Positions 1 to 8,615 of a stretch of 44,758 bases of DNA are shown here, in pieces. The translations under genes and the position numbers were made by a program. How positions within the stretch are numbered: the stretch's first letter is position 1; every line of letters begins with the position of its first letter. Where the stretch lies: the NCBI GenBank assembly GCA_964455225.1, contig CAYVUT010000002.1, forward strand, positions 1 through 44,758, written 5' to 3'. Under the pieces are notes generated by a model. The model did no database searches, had not been told where the DNA came from, and saw nothing but the letters and a program-made list of their open reading frames with translations. The DNA is from an uncultured Candidatus Saccharibacteria bacterium (GTDB lineage Bacteria > Patescibacteriota > Minisyncoccia > Phycocordibacterales > Phycocordibacteraceae).

Positions 1-971
<971 letters not shown>

Positions 972-993
972 GCGAGCAATTCACACCTCTCGT

Positions 994-1359
994 ATGGCCA
1001 CCGCAACTAAAACGAAGCGTGCCTCAAAGGCGAAGGGAGAAACCTCCCCCGCTGAGCACAAGCTCCGGATCCGCGTCCGCGCCTACGAGCACAAGATCCT
1101 TGATCTCTCGGTGAAGCAAATCATGGACACGGCAACCCGACTTGACGCCAAGGTCGTCGGTCCGGTCCCGCTTCCTACCGAAATCAAGCGTTGGACGGTC
1201 AACCGCTCGACGTTCGTCCACAAGGACGCACGTGAGCAGTTTGAGATGCGCATTCACAAGCGTCTCATCGACATCCTCAATCCTTCGCAAAAGGTCATCG
1301 AGGCGCTCACGAACCTCAATCTCCCGTCCGGCGTCACGATTGACGTCAAGATGGTGTAG
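994..1359 (+). CDS. rpsJ: 30S ribosomal protein S10
   Basis: ATG 994 lies inside ORF 877..1359 in the same frame. The sequence LRIRVRAYEHKILDLSVKQIMDTA...GPVPLPTEIKRWTVNRS...FEMRIHKRLIDI is S10, with a short K/A-rich N-terminal tail. Confidence 0.95.
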   Translation: MATATKTKRASKAKGETSPAEHKLRIRVRAYEHKILDLSVKQIMDTATRLDAKVVGPVPLPTEIKRWTVNRSTFVHKDAREQFEMRIHKRLIDILNPSQKVIEALTNLNLPSGVTIDVKMV

Positions 1360-1379
1360 CACAGGTCTGGACCTCGTAC

Positions 1380-1407
1380 GCAAAACCGCCCGAAAGGGCG
1401 GTTTTGC
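1380..1407. terminator. Hairpin terminator after rpsJ
   Basis: Perfect 12-bp stem GCAAAACCGCCC/GGGCGGTTTTGC with a GAAA tetraloop. A/T runs flank the GC core on both strands. Confidence 0.6.
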
Positions 1408-1612
1408 GTTGTGCAGAGACACCACTTCGCGCTACAGTATTTTGTATGAAACGCGTTACCACAGTGCTGGTAAGAAGCGTCGGGACGCATTGTCCGTGGC
1501 TGAATCGCATGCTGTACCGCCCGTTCAAAGGGGCGCACCGCGGTTACTGGTACCGCTTGCCGTGGAATCGTCGAGCGATGGATGAGCTTTGCGCCACGCT
1601 CTAGGGTTTAAG

Positions 1613-1641
1613 TTGCATCTTTTTGCGCCTTCCTGTAGAGT
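1613..1641 (+). promoter_or_regulatory. Sigma70-like promoter candidate for rplC-rplD-rplW-rplB
   Basis: TTGCAT (1613-1618), 17-nt spacer, TAGAGT (1636-1641). Lies about 85 nt upstream of the rplC ATG. Confidence 0.4.
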
Positions 1642-1655
1642 GCCTGAACCGCTAC

Positions 1656-1722
1656 GTCCTCCTCGCGAGGACCAATGGCTCGGAGGACCGGAAGGTCCGA
1701 CGCGCCTTTGAGGCGCATTTTT
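1656..1722 (+). promoter_or_regulatory. Structured rplC leader: three GC hairpins, the last sequestering the SD-like GAGG and followed by T5
   Basis: Hairpins at GTCCTC/GAGGAC 1656-1672, GGACC-GGAA-GGTCC 1685-1698 and GCGCC-TTTGA-GGCGC 1702-1716, then ATTTTT directly before ATG 1724. Confidence 0.35.
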
Positions 1723-1723
1723 A

Positions 1724-2341
1724 ATGAAATTCATTCTTGCAAAGAAACAGGGCATGACGCGCATCTACACGGACGAGGGCCGTGCAGTTGCCGGTACCGT
1801 ACTTAAGGCGGATCCGATCGTCGTGACCCAGGTTAAGACTGCAGATGGCAAGGATAAATACGCAGCGGTCCAGGTTGGTTTTGGTACGCGTAAGGAAAAG
1901 AACGTGAGCAAGGCAGTGCTTGGCCACACGAAGGGCAAGGCATTTGAGGGCATGCGTGAGTTTCGTGGCGAAGCGGGTGAACTCGCGCTTGGCGGCGAGG
2001 TGAAAGTGGATACGTTTGCGCCGGGCGATACGGTACAGGTTTCAGGCATCACGAAGGGTAAAGGATTCCAGGGCGGCGTGAAGCGTCACGGCTTCCACGG
2101 CGGTCCGCGCTCCCACGGTCAGAAGCACTCAGAGCGTGAGCCGGGTTCGATCGGCGGTTCAGGCGGTCGCGCCGGCGGTCGTGTGGCAAAGGGTATGCGC
2201 ATGGCCGGCCGCATGGGTGCTGACCGCGTGACCGTGAAGAACCTCAAAGTCCTTGCGGTTGATGCTGCGGCAGGGGAGATCATCGTGTCTGGCGCTGTGC
2301 CGGGAGGCCGGGGCACGCTCCTTGAGGTCGTGGGCGCATAA
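1724..2341 (+). CDS. rplC: 50S ribosomal protein L3
   Basis: 205 aa. MKFILAKKQGMTRIY...VTQVKT..DGKDKYAAVQVGFG...GKGFQGGVKRHGF is typical L3, in the expected position after rpsJ. Confidence 0.97.
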   Translation: MKFILAKKQGMTRIYTDEGRAVAGTVLKADPIVVTQVKTADGKDKYAAVQVGFGTRKEKNVSKAVLGHTKGKAFEGMREFRGEAGELALGGEVKVDTFAPGDTVQVSGITKGKGFQGGVKRHGFHGGPRSHGQKHSEREPGSIGGSGGRAGGRVAKGMRMAGRMGADRVTVKNLKVLAVDAAAGEIIVSGAVPGGRGTLLEVVGA

Positions 2342-2352
2342 TTTTGAATACC

Positions 2353-3153
2353 ATGGCCAACACCACAAAAAAGAGGATTCGAGTAAATGCGGGACCGTCG
2401 GGAACGACAAAGCGCAAGGCGGCGAAAAAGGCGCGCGCAGCAAAGCCTGTGGCGGAGAAGAAGGTTGCTGCCCCAGTTGCTACGGACGCGCGTGAGGCAC
2501 AGGTGTACTCCATGGAGGGTAAGAAGGTCTCCATGCTCGCGCTCCCCGCGGAAATTTTCGGTAAGACATGGCGCCCAGAGTTGGTGCACCAGGTAACGAC
2601 GGCACTTTCTGCGAACCTCCGCCAGAACCGCGCGCACACTAAGGACCGCGCAGAAGTCGCCGGCGGCGGTAAGAAGCCCTGGAAGCAGAAGGGTACCGGT
2701 CAGGCACGTCACGGTTCCACGCGTTCTCCGATCTGGCGCCACGGCGGTATCACCTTCGGTCCTCGCAATACGCGCGATTACTCCGAGAAGATAAACCGCA
2801 AGATGAAGGTGGGCGCACTCTTCTCCCTGCTTTCTCGCAAGGCGAAGGATGGCGAAGTGCTCTTGGTCGACAAGTTCGCGTTCTCCGCTCCGAAGACCAA
2901 GGCAGCAGTGAACGCTCTTGCGGCAGTCGGCAAGGCTGCTGATGCCAAGCTTCTCTCGGATACGGGCCGCAAGACGGCGCTCGTGGTACTCGCTTCGTAT
3001 GAGGCAAATGCCATCAAGAGCTTCCGCAACATGCAGGGCGTAGCGACTGAAGAAGCACGCAATCTCAACCCGCTCTCGGTCCTCTCGCATCGCTACCTCA
3101 TCATCGAGAAGCCGGAAGAGTCGTTTGCAGCGCTCGCCGCTCGTGGTAAATAA
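2353..3153 (+). CDS. rplD: 50S ribosomal protein L4 with a ~47-aa K/A-rich N-terminal extension
   Basis: ATG 2353; the ORF track start at 2344 is a TTG three codons upstream. The L4 core reads KKPWKQKGTGQARHGSTRSPIWRHGGITFGP. Confidence 0.95.
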   Translation: MANTTKKRIRVNAGPSGTTKRKAAKKARAAKPVAEKKVAAPVATDAREAQVYSMEGKKVSMLALPAEIFGKTWRPELVHQVTTALSANLRQNRAHTKDRAEVAGGGKKPWKQKGTGQARHGSTRSPIWRHGGITFGPRNTRDYSEKINRKMKVGALFSLLSRKAKDGEVLLVDKFAFSAPKTKAAVNALAAVGKAADAKLLSDTGRKTALVVLASYEANAIKSFRNMQGVATEEARNLNPLSVLSHRYLIIEKPEESFAALAARGK

Positions 3154-3158
3154 ATCGT

Positions 3159-3521
3159 ATGGCTATCTTCGGATCTAAAAAAGAAGAGGGAAAGAAGGAC
3201 GCGCACAAGACGTACGCGAAGGCGCGCACGCACGCGGCGGGCAAGGCAGCCGACATCATCCGCGCACCCTGGTTCTCTGAGAAGGCGCTTATCTCTACAG
3301 AGCGCGGCGTCTACGCGTTCTCCATTCCGCAGGATGCTACGAAAGCCGATGTCGCGGGTGCGGTGAACGAGGTGTTCAAGGTGAAGCCGAAGAAGATCCG
3401 CATCGTCAACCTACCGGGGAAGCGGGTAACGCTCCGCACACGCCGCGGCATGGGTACTCGTGCGGCGCGCCGCAAGGCCTACGTCTACCTCCACAAGGGA
3501 GACACCATCCAGTTCGCATAA
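3159..3521 (+). CDS. rplW: 50S ribosomal protein L23 with an N-terminal basic extension
   Basis: 120 aa. IIRAPWFSEKA...YAFSIPQDATKADVAGAVNEVFKVKPKKIRIVN is the L23 fold sequence, in the expected position between rplD and rplB. Confidence 0.93.
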   Translation: MAIFGSKKEEGKKDAHKTYAKARTHAAGKAADIIRAPWFSEKALISTERGVYAFSIPQDATKADVAGAVNEVFKVKPKKIRIVNLPGKRVTLRTRRGMGTRAARRKAYVYLHKGDTIQFA

Positions 3522-3532
3522 CGCTACCGCCT

Positions 3533-4381
3533 ATGAAAAGCTATCGTCCAACTACCAAGAGCCGCCGTTTCATGACCACGCTTCCGTTCCGGGAGCTCCT
3601 TTCGGGCGATCGTCCGTACAAGGCGCTCTTGAAGAACAAGAAGCGACAGGGCGGCCGTAACGATTTCGGTCGTATCACGACCCGTCACCAGGGCGGAGGC
3701 CACAAGCGTCGCCTGCGCGATGTCGATTTCTCATACGACAAGAAGAACATTCCGGCCAAGATCGAGACCGTTGAATACGATCCGTTCCGCTCGGCATTCA
3801 TCGCGCTTGCGCTCTATGCGGATGGTGAACGCCGCTACGTCATCGTCCCTAAGGACATGCGCGTGGGAGACTCCTTCACGGTTTCTGAAGATGCATCCGT
3901 GACGATTGGGAACCGCATGCCGCTTGGCAAGATTCCGGTCGGTACCTTCGTGTACAACATCGAGCTCCAGCCTGCTGCAGGCGCACGCCTCGTTCGCTCT
4001 GCGGGTAGCTACGCTGAAGTGGTGGCGCATGACGCTGGGTTTGCTCAGCTCAAGCTCCCTTCGACCGAGATCCGCAAGGTCTCTGACCTCTGCTGGGCAT
4101 CCGTTGGTGCGGTTGGCAACGAAGAGCACAACCTCGTCGTTATTGGTAAGGCAGGCCGCTCGCGCTGGATGGGTATCCGCCCGACTGTCCGCGGTACGGT
4201 GATGAACCCAGTTGACCACCCGCACGGCGGCGGCGAAGGAAAGCAGGGCCGCGGTTTGAAGCGGGCAAAGTCCCTCTGGGGCAAGCCAACCGGCAAGGGC
4301 CAGAAGACCCGTACGCCGAAGAAGTACTCCAACGTCTTCATCGTCTCTCGCCGCCGAGTCGGCAAGCGCAAGAAGGCGTAA
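3533..4381 (+). CDS. rplB: 50S ribosomal protein L2
   Basis: 282 aa with the GRNDFGRITTRHQGGGHKRRLR and MNPVDHPHGGGEGK motifs. Confidence 0.98.
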   Translation: MKSYRPTTKSRRFMTTLPFRELLSGDRPYKALLKNKKRQGGRNDFGRITTRHQGGGHKRRLRDVDFSYDKKNIPAKIETVEYDPFRSAFIALALYADGERRYVIVPKDMRVGDSFTVSEDASVTIGNRMPLGKIPVGTFVYNIELQPAAGARLVRSAGSYAEVVAHDAGFAQLKLPSTEIRKVSDLCWASVGAVGNEEHNLVVIGKAGRSRWMGIRPTVRGTVMNPVDHPHGGGEGKQGRGLKRAKSLWGKPTGKGQKTRTPKKYSNVFIVSRRRVGKRKKA

Positions 4382-4383
4382 AC

Positions 4384-4410
4384 AAAAGCCCCGCGAAAGC
4401 GGGGCTTTTT
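4384..4410. terminator. Bidirectional hairpin terminator after rplB
   Basis: AAAAGCCCCGC-GAAA-GCGGGGCTTTTT. It follows the rplB stop (4381) and also lies just downstream of the minus-strand ORF ending at 4423. Confidence 0.7.
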
Positions 4411-4422
4411 CGAGTCGGCTGA

Positions 4423-4623
4423 TCAGTAGTCCGTTCGAGCGAGACTCTTCCGAAACGCGACCCGTTCGGCCTCAAGTTCTGCGGCCGTCTGGATTCTCCG
4501 GCCTTTCTGGTCATAACGTGGCTGAGGTTTGAGTGGCGCATCCTCAACCTCCCGGTCCTTACCAAGTTCTGGATCAAACAGGAGCTCGGTAAGTACGTCT
4601 ATCAGCGCATCAAAGAACCTCAT
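4423..4623 (-). CDS. Hypothetical small protein (66 aa from ATG 4623; 89 aa if the TTG at 4692 is used)
   Basis: Minus-strand ORF. ATG 4623 is preceded by AGGAG at 7-nt spacing. No family recognised. Lies antisense within the rplB-rpsS gap. Confidence 0.5.
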   Translation of the reverse strand: MRFFDALIDVLTELLFDPELGKDREVEDAPLKPQPRYDQKGRRIQTAAELEAERVAFRKSLARTDY

Positions 4624-4690
4624 GCCTTGTCTCCTGTGTATGGACTCTGGAAAACCCCTGTCTTCAGCGTACTCCTTAAGCTTTAAAAGC

Positions 4691-4715
4691 AAAGCCCCGC
4701 ACCTGCGGGGCTTTT
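4691..4715. terminator. Hairpin with T-tract between the two antisense ORFs
   Basis: AAAGCCCCGC-ACCT-GCGGGGCTTTT. The stem sequence is the same as in the hairpins at 4384-4410 and 17031-17056. Confidence 0.6.
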
Positions 4716-4728
4716 ATGTGCAATAGGT

Positions 4729-4971
4729 TCAGAAGAGCACTGAAATTGAAACTTTGCCATCGGTGCTGCTACTGAGGAGCGACTCAAGGATCCAATGGTC
4801 CTTTGTCACGTACGCCGCAGGCCCTTTTAGGGCTGCTTCCGATGAGCCGGTAGCCTCGATGCATACCTTGACCGTTTCTCCGTACTCAGCCGCGATGTTG
4901 TTCATGTGGCCCAATATCTCAGCCAGATTTTTCGCATTGCGGCCTCCGGGTACACCAGCCTCGTCGTTCAT
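4729..4971 (-). CDS. Hypothetical small protein, 80 aa
   Basis: Minus-strand ORF. ATG 4971 is preceded by GGGAGAAGG. No family recognised. Confidence 0.5.
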   Translation of the reverse strand: MNDEAGVPGGRNAKNLAEILGHMNNIAAEYGETVKVCIEATGSSEAALKGPAAYVTKDHWILESLLSSSTDGKVSISVLF

Positions 4972-5057
4972 GTCCTTCTCCCTGCCTAAGTGGGGTACAA
5001 GCCAGGGTGCAATCTAGCGCGTCTTGCCCCTTACCGCAACGGAAACCAAGGTGCCGT

Positions 5058-5086
5058 TTGACACCAGTCAGGCTTTCCTATACATT
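5058..5086 (+). promoter_or_regulatory. Sigma70-like promoter restarting the r-protein operon at rpsS
   Basis: TTGACA (5058-5063), 17-nt spacer, TACATT (5081-5086). Lies 36 nt upstream of the rpsS ATG. A small hairpin CCCGC-CTC-GCGGG plus TTTT sits in the leader. Confidence 0.5.
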
Positions 5087-5121
5087 TCTGTAATCCCGCC
5101 TCGCGGGTTTTCATTTGCTTT

Positions 5122-5460
5122 ATGGCACGCTCACTCAAGAAAGGACCCTTCGTGGACGTCAAACTCCTCAAGAAGCTCCAAGGAAAGAAGCCTGGCTCCG
5201 GCGAGGCTATTAAGACGTGGGCGCGCCGTTCGCAAATCAGCCCAGAAATGGTCGGTTTCACCTTCGGCGTCCACAACGGCAAGACCCATATCGACGTCCT
5301 CGTTTCTGAGGAGATGGTGGGTCATCGCCTTGGAGAGTTCTCGCCGACCAAGAAGTTCACTCGTCACGGCGGCAAGATGCAGAAGGAGCTCGAGCAGAAG
5401 AAGCAGGAGGCTGAGATCGCAGCTGCAAAGTCTGCAACCGCAGCGCCCGCGAAGAAATAA
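5122..5460 (+). CDS. rpsS: 30S ribosomal protein S19 with a ~25-aa K/E/A-rich C-terminal extension
   Basis: [12 protein letters not shown]...[38 protein letters not shown] is S19. Confidence 0.96.
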   Translation: MARSLKKGPFVDVKLLKKLQGKKPGSGEAIKTWARRSQISPEMVGFTFGVHNGKTHIDVLVSEEMVGHRLGEFSPTKKFTRHGGKMQKELEQKKQEAEIAAAKSATAAPAKK

Positions 5461-5463
5461 CGT

Positions 5464-5781
5464 ATGCGCGCGACTCTCGATAACTACAACCAGTCCCCGC
5501 GCAAGGTCCGTCTCGTGACGGATCTCGTGAAGGGTAAGAAGGTAAAGGATGCGCTCGCGTCGCTTGAGTTCCTTCCGAAGCGTGCCGCAGAGCCGATCAA
5601 GAAGCTCATCGAGAGCGCCGTTGCGAACGCAAAGGCGAAAGGCGAGAAGCCGGAAGCGCTCACGGTGAAGTCTCTTTCTGTCGAGAGCGCAGGCATGATG
5701 GTCCGCTACATGCCGCGCGCGTTCGGCCGTGCCGCTCCGATCCGCCGCAAGAAGTCCCGCGTGAAGCTCGTGCTCGGCTAA
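5464..5781 (+). CDS. rplV: 50S ribosomal protein L22
   Basis: 105 aa. SPRKVRLVTDLVKGKKV.DAL..L.F.PKRAAEPI.K...SAVANA is L22, in the expected position. Confidence 0.95.
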   Translation: MRATLDNYNQSPRKVRLVTDLVKGKKVKDALASLEFLPKRAAEPIKKLIESAVANAKAKGEKPEALTVKSLSVESAGMMVRYMPRAFGRAAPIRRKKSRVKLVLG

Positions 5782-5787
5782 TTTTTT

Positions 5788-6498
5788 ATGACACACACCG
5801 TACATCCATACGCACACCGCCTCGGCATCATCCGCGACTGGAAGAGCCGCTGGTTTGCTGCTGACAAGAAGAATTTCCGCGAAAACCTGAAGGTAGACGC
5901 AGCTATCCGCGCGTTCCTCACCAAGCGCCTCCGTGGCACCTACACGGCTGGTATCGAGATCGAGCGCTCCGCAAACGAGCTCCGCGTCATCCTTTCGACT
6001 GCACGCCCGGGACTCGTTATCGGTCGTTCTGGCGAAAACGCAACGAAGCTCCGCAAAGAGATCGCTGACGTCGTTCGCGCGGTCGCCCCAGCGCATGGCC
6101 GCACGCTGAAGCTCGACATCGTCGAGATCCGCCAGCCGGAACTTTCCGCGGCAGTGGTGGCCTACATGGTCGCCGAAGGCCTTGAGAAGCGCCTGCCGTT
6201 CCGCCGCGTCTTGAAGAGCACGCTTGAGAAGGTTGATGCCGTCCGCGAGGTTGAGGGTGTCCGTATCGCTATTTCCGGCCGCCTGGGCGGTGCAGAAATG
6301 AGTCGCCGCGAGCAGGCTAAGAAGGGTCGCATCCCGCTCCAGACGTTCCGTGCCGACATCGATTTCGCGCACGAGCAGGCATACCTGCCGTACGGCGTCA
6401 TTGGCATCAAGGTGTGGATCTACCGCGGCAATGTCTACGCGAACGACAAGAAGGCTGCGGTCCGCAAGGAGGAGGCGATGAACCCCGCACGCCCATAA
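5788..6498 (+). CDS. rpsC: 30S ribosomal protein S3
   Basis: 236 aa. VHPYAHRLGIIRDWKSRWFA..., a KH domain, and GRLGGAEMSRREQAKKGRIPLQTFRADIDF. Confidence 0.97.
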   Translation: MTHTVHPYAHRLGIIRDWKSRWFAADKKNFRENLKVDAAIRAFLTKRLRGTYTAGIEIERSANELRVILSTARPGLVIGRSGENATKLRKEIADVVRAVAPAHGRTLKLDIVEIRQPELSAAVVAYMVAEGLEKRLPFRRVLKSTLEKVDAVREVEGVRIAISGRLGGAEMSRREQAKKGRIPLQTFRADIDFAHEQAYLPYGVIGIKVWIYRGNVYANDKKAAVRKEEAMNPARP

Positions 6499-6505
6499 CA
6501 CTGCT

Positions 6506-6925
6506 ATGTTGTTTCCTAAAAAAGTAAAGCACCGCAAGTGGCAGACCGGCCGGAAGAGCGAGAAGCGTCTCGCTCGTCCTGATACGCGCGGCACCACGAT
6601 CGCGAACGGCTCATTCGGTCTCAAGGCCGTTACGCCTTCCCGTGTGACGAGCAATCAGATCGAGGCTGCCCGCAAAGTGCTTACCCGCGCAACCGCAAAG
6701 AGCGGCAAGCTCTGGATCCGCATCTTCCCGGATCGTCCGATCACCGCAAAGCCGGCTGAGGTGGGCATGGGTTCAGGAAAGGGCGACCTGAAGCACTTCG
6801 TTTTCGAGGTGCGTCCTGGCCGCGTGCTCTTTGAGCTCGACGGCGTCGCTGAGAGCGTGGCACGCGCACACCTCAAGCAGGCAGGCTCGAAGCTCCCGGT
6901 CAAGACCGTGATAGTTGCGCGTTAA
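6506..6925 (+). CDS. rplP: 50S ribosomal protein L16
   Basis: 139 aa with MLFPKKVKHRKWQTGR and WIRIFPDRPITAKPAEVGMGSGKG. Confidence 0.97.
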   Translation: MLFPKKVKHRKWQTGRKSEKRLARPDTRGTTIANGSFGLKAVTPSRVTSNQIEAARKVLTRATAKSGKLWIRIFPDRPITAKPAEVGMGSGKGDLKHFVFEVRPGRVLFELDGVAESVARAHLKQAGSKLPVKTVIVAR

Positions 6926-6933
6926 TACGGAAT

Positions 6934-7134
6934 ATGGCAAAGAAGATGGACATGAAGGCGAAAACGAACGAAGAGCTCACGAAGCTTTTGGAAGACACGC
7001 GTGCCGAGCTCCGGACGCACCGCTTTGAAGCTGCAGGCGCACGCCCGAAAGATTCAAATGCGCCTAAGAACGCACGCAAGCTTATCGCACGTATCCTCAC
7101 GGAAGTGCATGCTCGCGAAAACGCTGTCGCATAA
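6934..7134 (+). CDS. rpmC: 50S ribosomal protein L29
   Basis: 66 aa, helical, NEELTKLLEDTRAELRTHRFEAA. Lies in the expected position between rplP and rpsQ. Confidence 0.9.
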   Translation: MAKKMDMKAKTNEELTKLLEDTRAELRTHRFEAAGARPKDSNAPKNARKLIARILTEVHARENAVA

Positions 7135-7141
7135 CCCCTCT

Positions 7142-7381
7142 ATGGAACGCACAACCCTCAACCCCCAATCATTTACCGGAACCGTCGTAAAGACGGCTAT
7201 GAAAGACACGGTCACCGTACGCGTTGATCGCTACGTGAAGCACGCGAAGTACAAGAAATATTTCGTACGCTCGAAAAACTTCCTCGTCCACGCGCCGGGT
7301 AATACCGTTGCGGTGGGGGATGCGGTTACCATCGTCGCGTGCCGCCCGGTCTCGAAACGGAAGCATTTCCGTCTTGCCTAA
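7142..7381 (+). CDS. rpsQ: 30S ribosomal protein S17
   Basis: ATG 7142 lies inside ORF 7001..7381 in the same frame. FTGTVVKTAMKDTVTVRVDRYVKHAKYKKY...GD.V.I..CRP.SK.K.F. Confidence 0.94.
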   Translation: MERTTLNPQSFTGTVVKTAMKDTVTVRVDRYVKHAKYKKYFVRSKNFLVHAPGNTVAVGDAVTIVACRPVSKRKHFRLA

Positions 7382-7384
7382 GCC

Positions 7385-7762
7385 ATGATCCAGCCTCAAA
7401 CCATCGTTTCCGTTGCAGACAACTCCGGCGCAAAGATCGCCCGCGTGTTCAAGGTGCTTGGCGGCTCGAAGCGCCGCTACGCCGCTATCGGCGACACCGT
7501 CGTCATTTCCATCCAGGTTGCTGAGCCGCGCAAAACGGTGAAGAAGAAGGATGTGTTCCGTGCGGTCGTGGTCCGTCAGAAGAAGCCGTTTGCCCGCAAG
7601 GACGGCTCCTACATCCGCTTCGATGAGAATGCAGTGGTTATCGTGGAGAAGCAGGGCAAAGAGATGGGTCCGAAAGGGAACCGCATATTCGGTCCGGTGC
7701 CGCGCGAGCTCACAGAGCGCGGTTGGCACTCGATCGCTTCGCTTGCGCCTGAAGTCGTATAA
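7385..7762 (+). CDS. rplN: 50S ribosomal protein L14
   Basis: 125 aa starting [17 protein letters not shown]. Confidence 0.97.
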   Translation: MIQPQTIVSVADNSGAKIARVFKVLGGSKRRYAAIGDTVVISIQVAEPRKTVKKKDVFRAVVVRQKKPFARKDGSYIRFDENAVVIVEKQGKEMGPKGNRIFGPVPRELTERGWHSIASLAPEVV

Positions 7763-7773
7763 CACCCACGCGT

Positions 7774-7992
7774 ATGAAACTCCACGTAAAGAAGGGCGAC
7801 AAAGTGAAAGTGCTTACCGGCAAGGACAAGGGCAAGTCCGGTGTTATCCTGCGCGCGCTCCCGAAAGAGGGCCGTGTTCTCGTCGAGGGCGTGAATATCG
7901 TGAAGCGCCATGTGCGCGGACGGGGGAATCAGAGCGGACGCATCGTCGAACGCCCGGCGCCTATCGACGCCTCGAACGTAGCGAAGGCCTAA
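7774..7992 (+). CDS. rplX: 50S ribosomal protein L24 (short, 72 aa)
   Basis: [20 protein letters not shown] is a KOW motif. Lies in the expected position after rplN. Confidence 0.92.
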   Translation: MKLHVKKGDKVKVLTGKDKGKSGVILRALPKEGRVLVEGVNIVKRHVRGRGNQSGRIVERPAPIDASNVAKA

Positions 7993-8001
7993 CTATTTCC
8001 T

Positions 8002-8580
8002 ATGATGCTTACGAAACAAAAACAGCAGACTGCCTTTGAGGCGCTTTCCGAGTCGTTCGGCTATACGAGCCGCATGCAGGCTCCGCGCATCACGAAGGTC
8101 GTCGTCTCAAGCGGCGTCGGCAAGAAGCGCGATCCGAAAGTGCTCGCGCTCATCGAGAATCGCCTGGCACAGATCACCGGACAGAAAGCGGCACCGCGTG
8201 CAGCGCGCATGTCCGTCGCTTCTTTCAAGGTGCGCCAGGGCGATACGGTCGGTTTCCAGATCACGCTTCGCGGTGCGCGTATGTTCGATTTCCTCGACAA
8301 GCTCGTGCACATCGCTCTTCCGCGTACCCGTGACTTCCGAGGCATCGATCCGTCCGCGGTCGACTCGATGGGAAATCTCACCATCGGCATCCGCGAGCAT
8401 ACGATCTTTCCGGAAACGTCTGACGAGGACGTGAAAGACGTGTTCGGTTTTGCCGTAACGGTGGTCACGACGGCAAAGGGGAAAGCTGAGGCCGAGGCTT
8501 TCTTCCGTCATCTCGGAGTACCGCTTCGCGAAGCGACCGCGGCTGCTTCCGCACGGGTTGACCGCGCTCGTAAACGCTGA
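8002..8580 (+). CDS. rplE: 50S ribosomal protein L5
   Basis: 192 aa with [14 protein letters not shown] and [13 protein letters not shown]. Confidence 0.95.
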   Translation: MMLTKQKQQTAFEALSESFGYTSRMQAPRITKVVVSSGVGKKRDPKVLALIENRLAQITGQKAAPRAARMSVASFKVRQGDTVGFQITLRGARMFDFLDKLVHIALPRTRDFRGIDPSAVDSMGNLTIGIREHTIFPETSDEDVKDVFGFAVTVVTTAKGKAEAEAFFRHLGVPLREATAAASARVDRARKR

Positions 8581-8615
8581 TAGGCTCAAGCGACGCTCCC
8601 GAGGAGCTATTTTTT

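Noticed and set aside
1467-1570. Local resemblance to the RNase P RNA P12-P14 region (GCGCACCGCGG..CTGGTA..CCGTGG, GCTGGTAA..GTCCGTGGC). The spacer length of 364 nt is also close to the size of RNase P RNA.
   Set aside because: The universally conserved P4 strands are missing or in the wrong order. The only GGAAGGUCCG-like string lies at the 3' end, not the 5' end, and there is no ACAGAAnnCGGCUUA or GGAGCAA element. The matches are short, GC-rich and partly duplicated. A cmsearch with RF00010 would settle it.
1446-1604. Possible 52-aa basic W/R/Y-rich peptide (MKRVTTVLVRSVG...) in the rpsJ-rplC spacer
   Set aside because: There is no SD upstream of the ATG, overlapping ORFs of similar length exist on both strands, and no family was recognised. 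I kept it only as part of the unexplained spacer.
1685-1698. GGACC-GGAA-GGTCC hairpin reminiscent of the SRP RNA helix 8 apex
   Set aside because: The flanking symmetric and asymmetric loop motifs (AGCA / GGAAG context) of SRP RNA are absent. The hairpin lies in an mRNA leader 25 nt from the rplC start.
5131-6654. 507-aa ORF on the minus strand
   Set aside because: It lies entirely antisense to rpsS, rplV, rpsC and rplP, whose products are unmistakable. It is R/L/A-rich and low in complexity, as is typical of shadow ORFs in GC-rich DNA. No SD.
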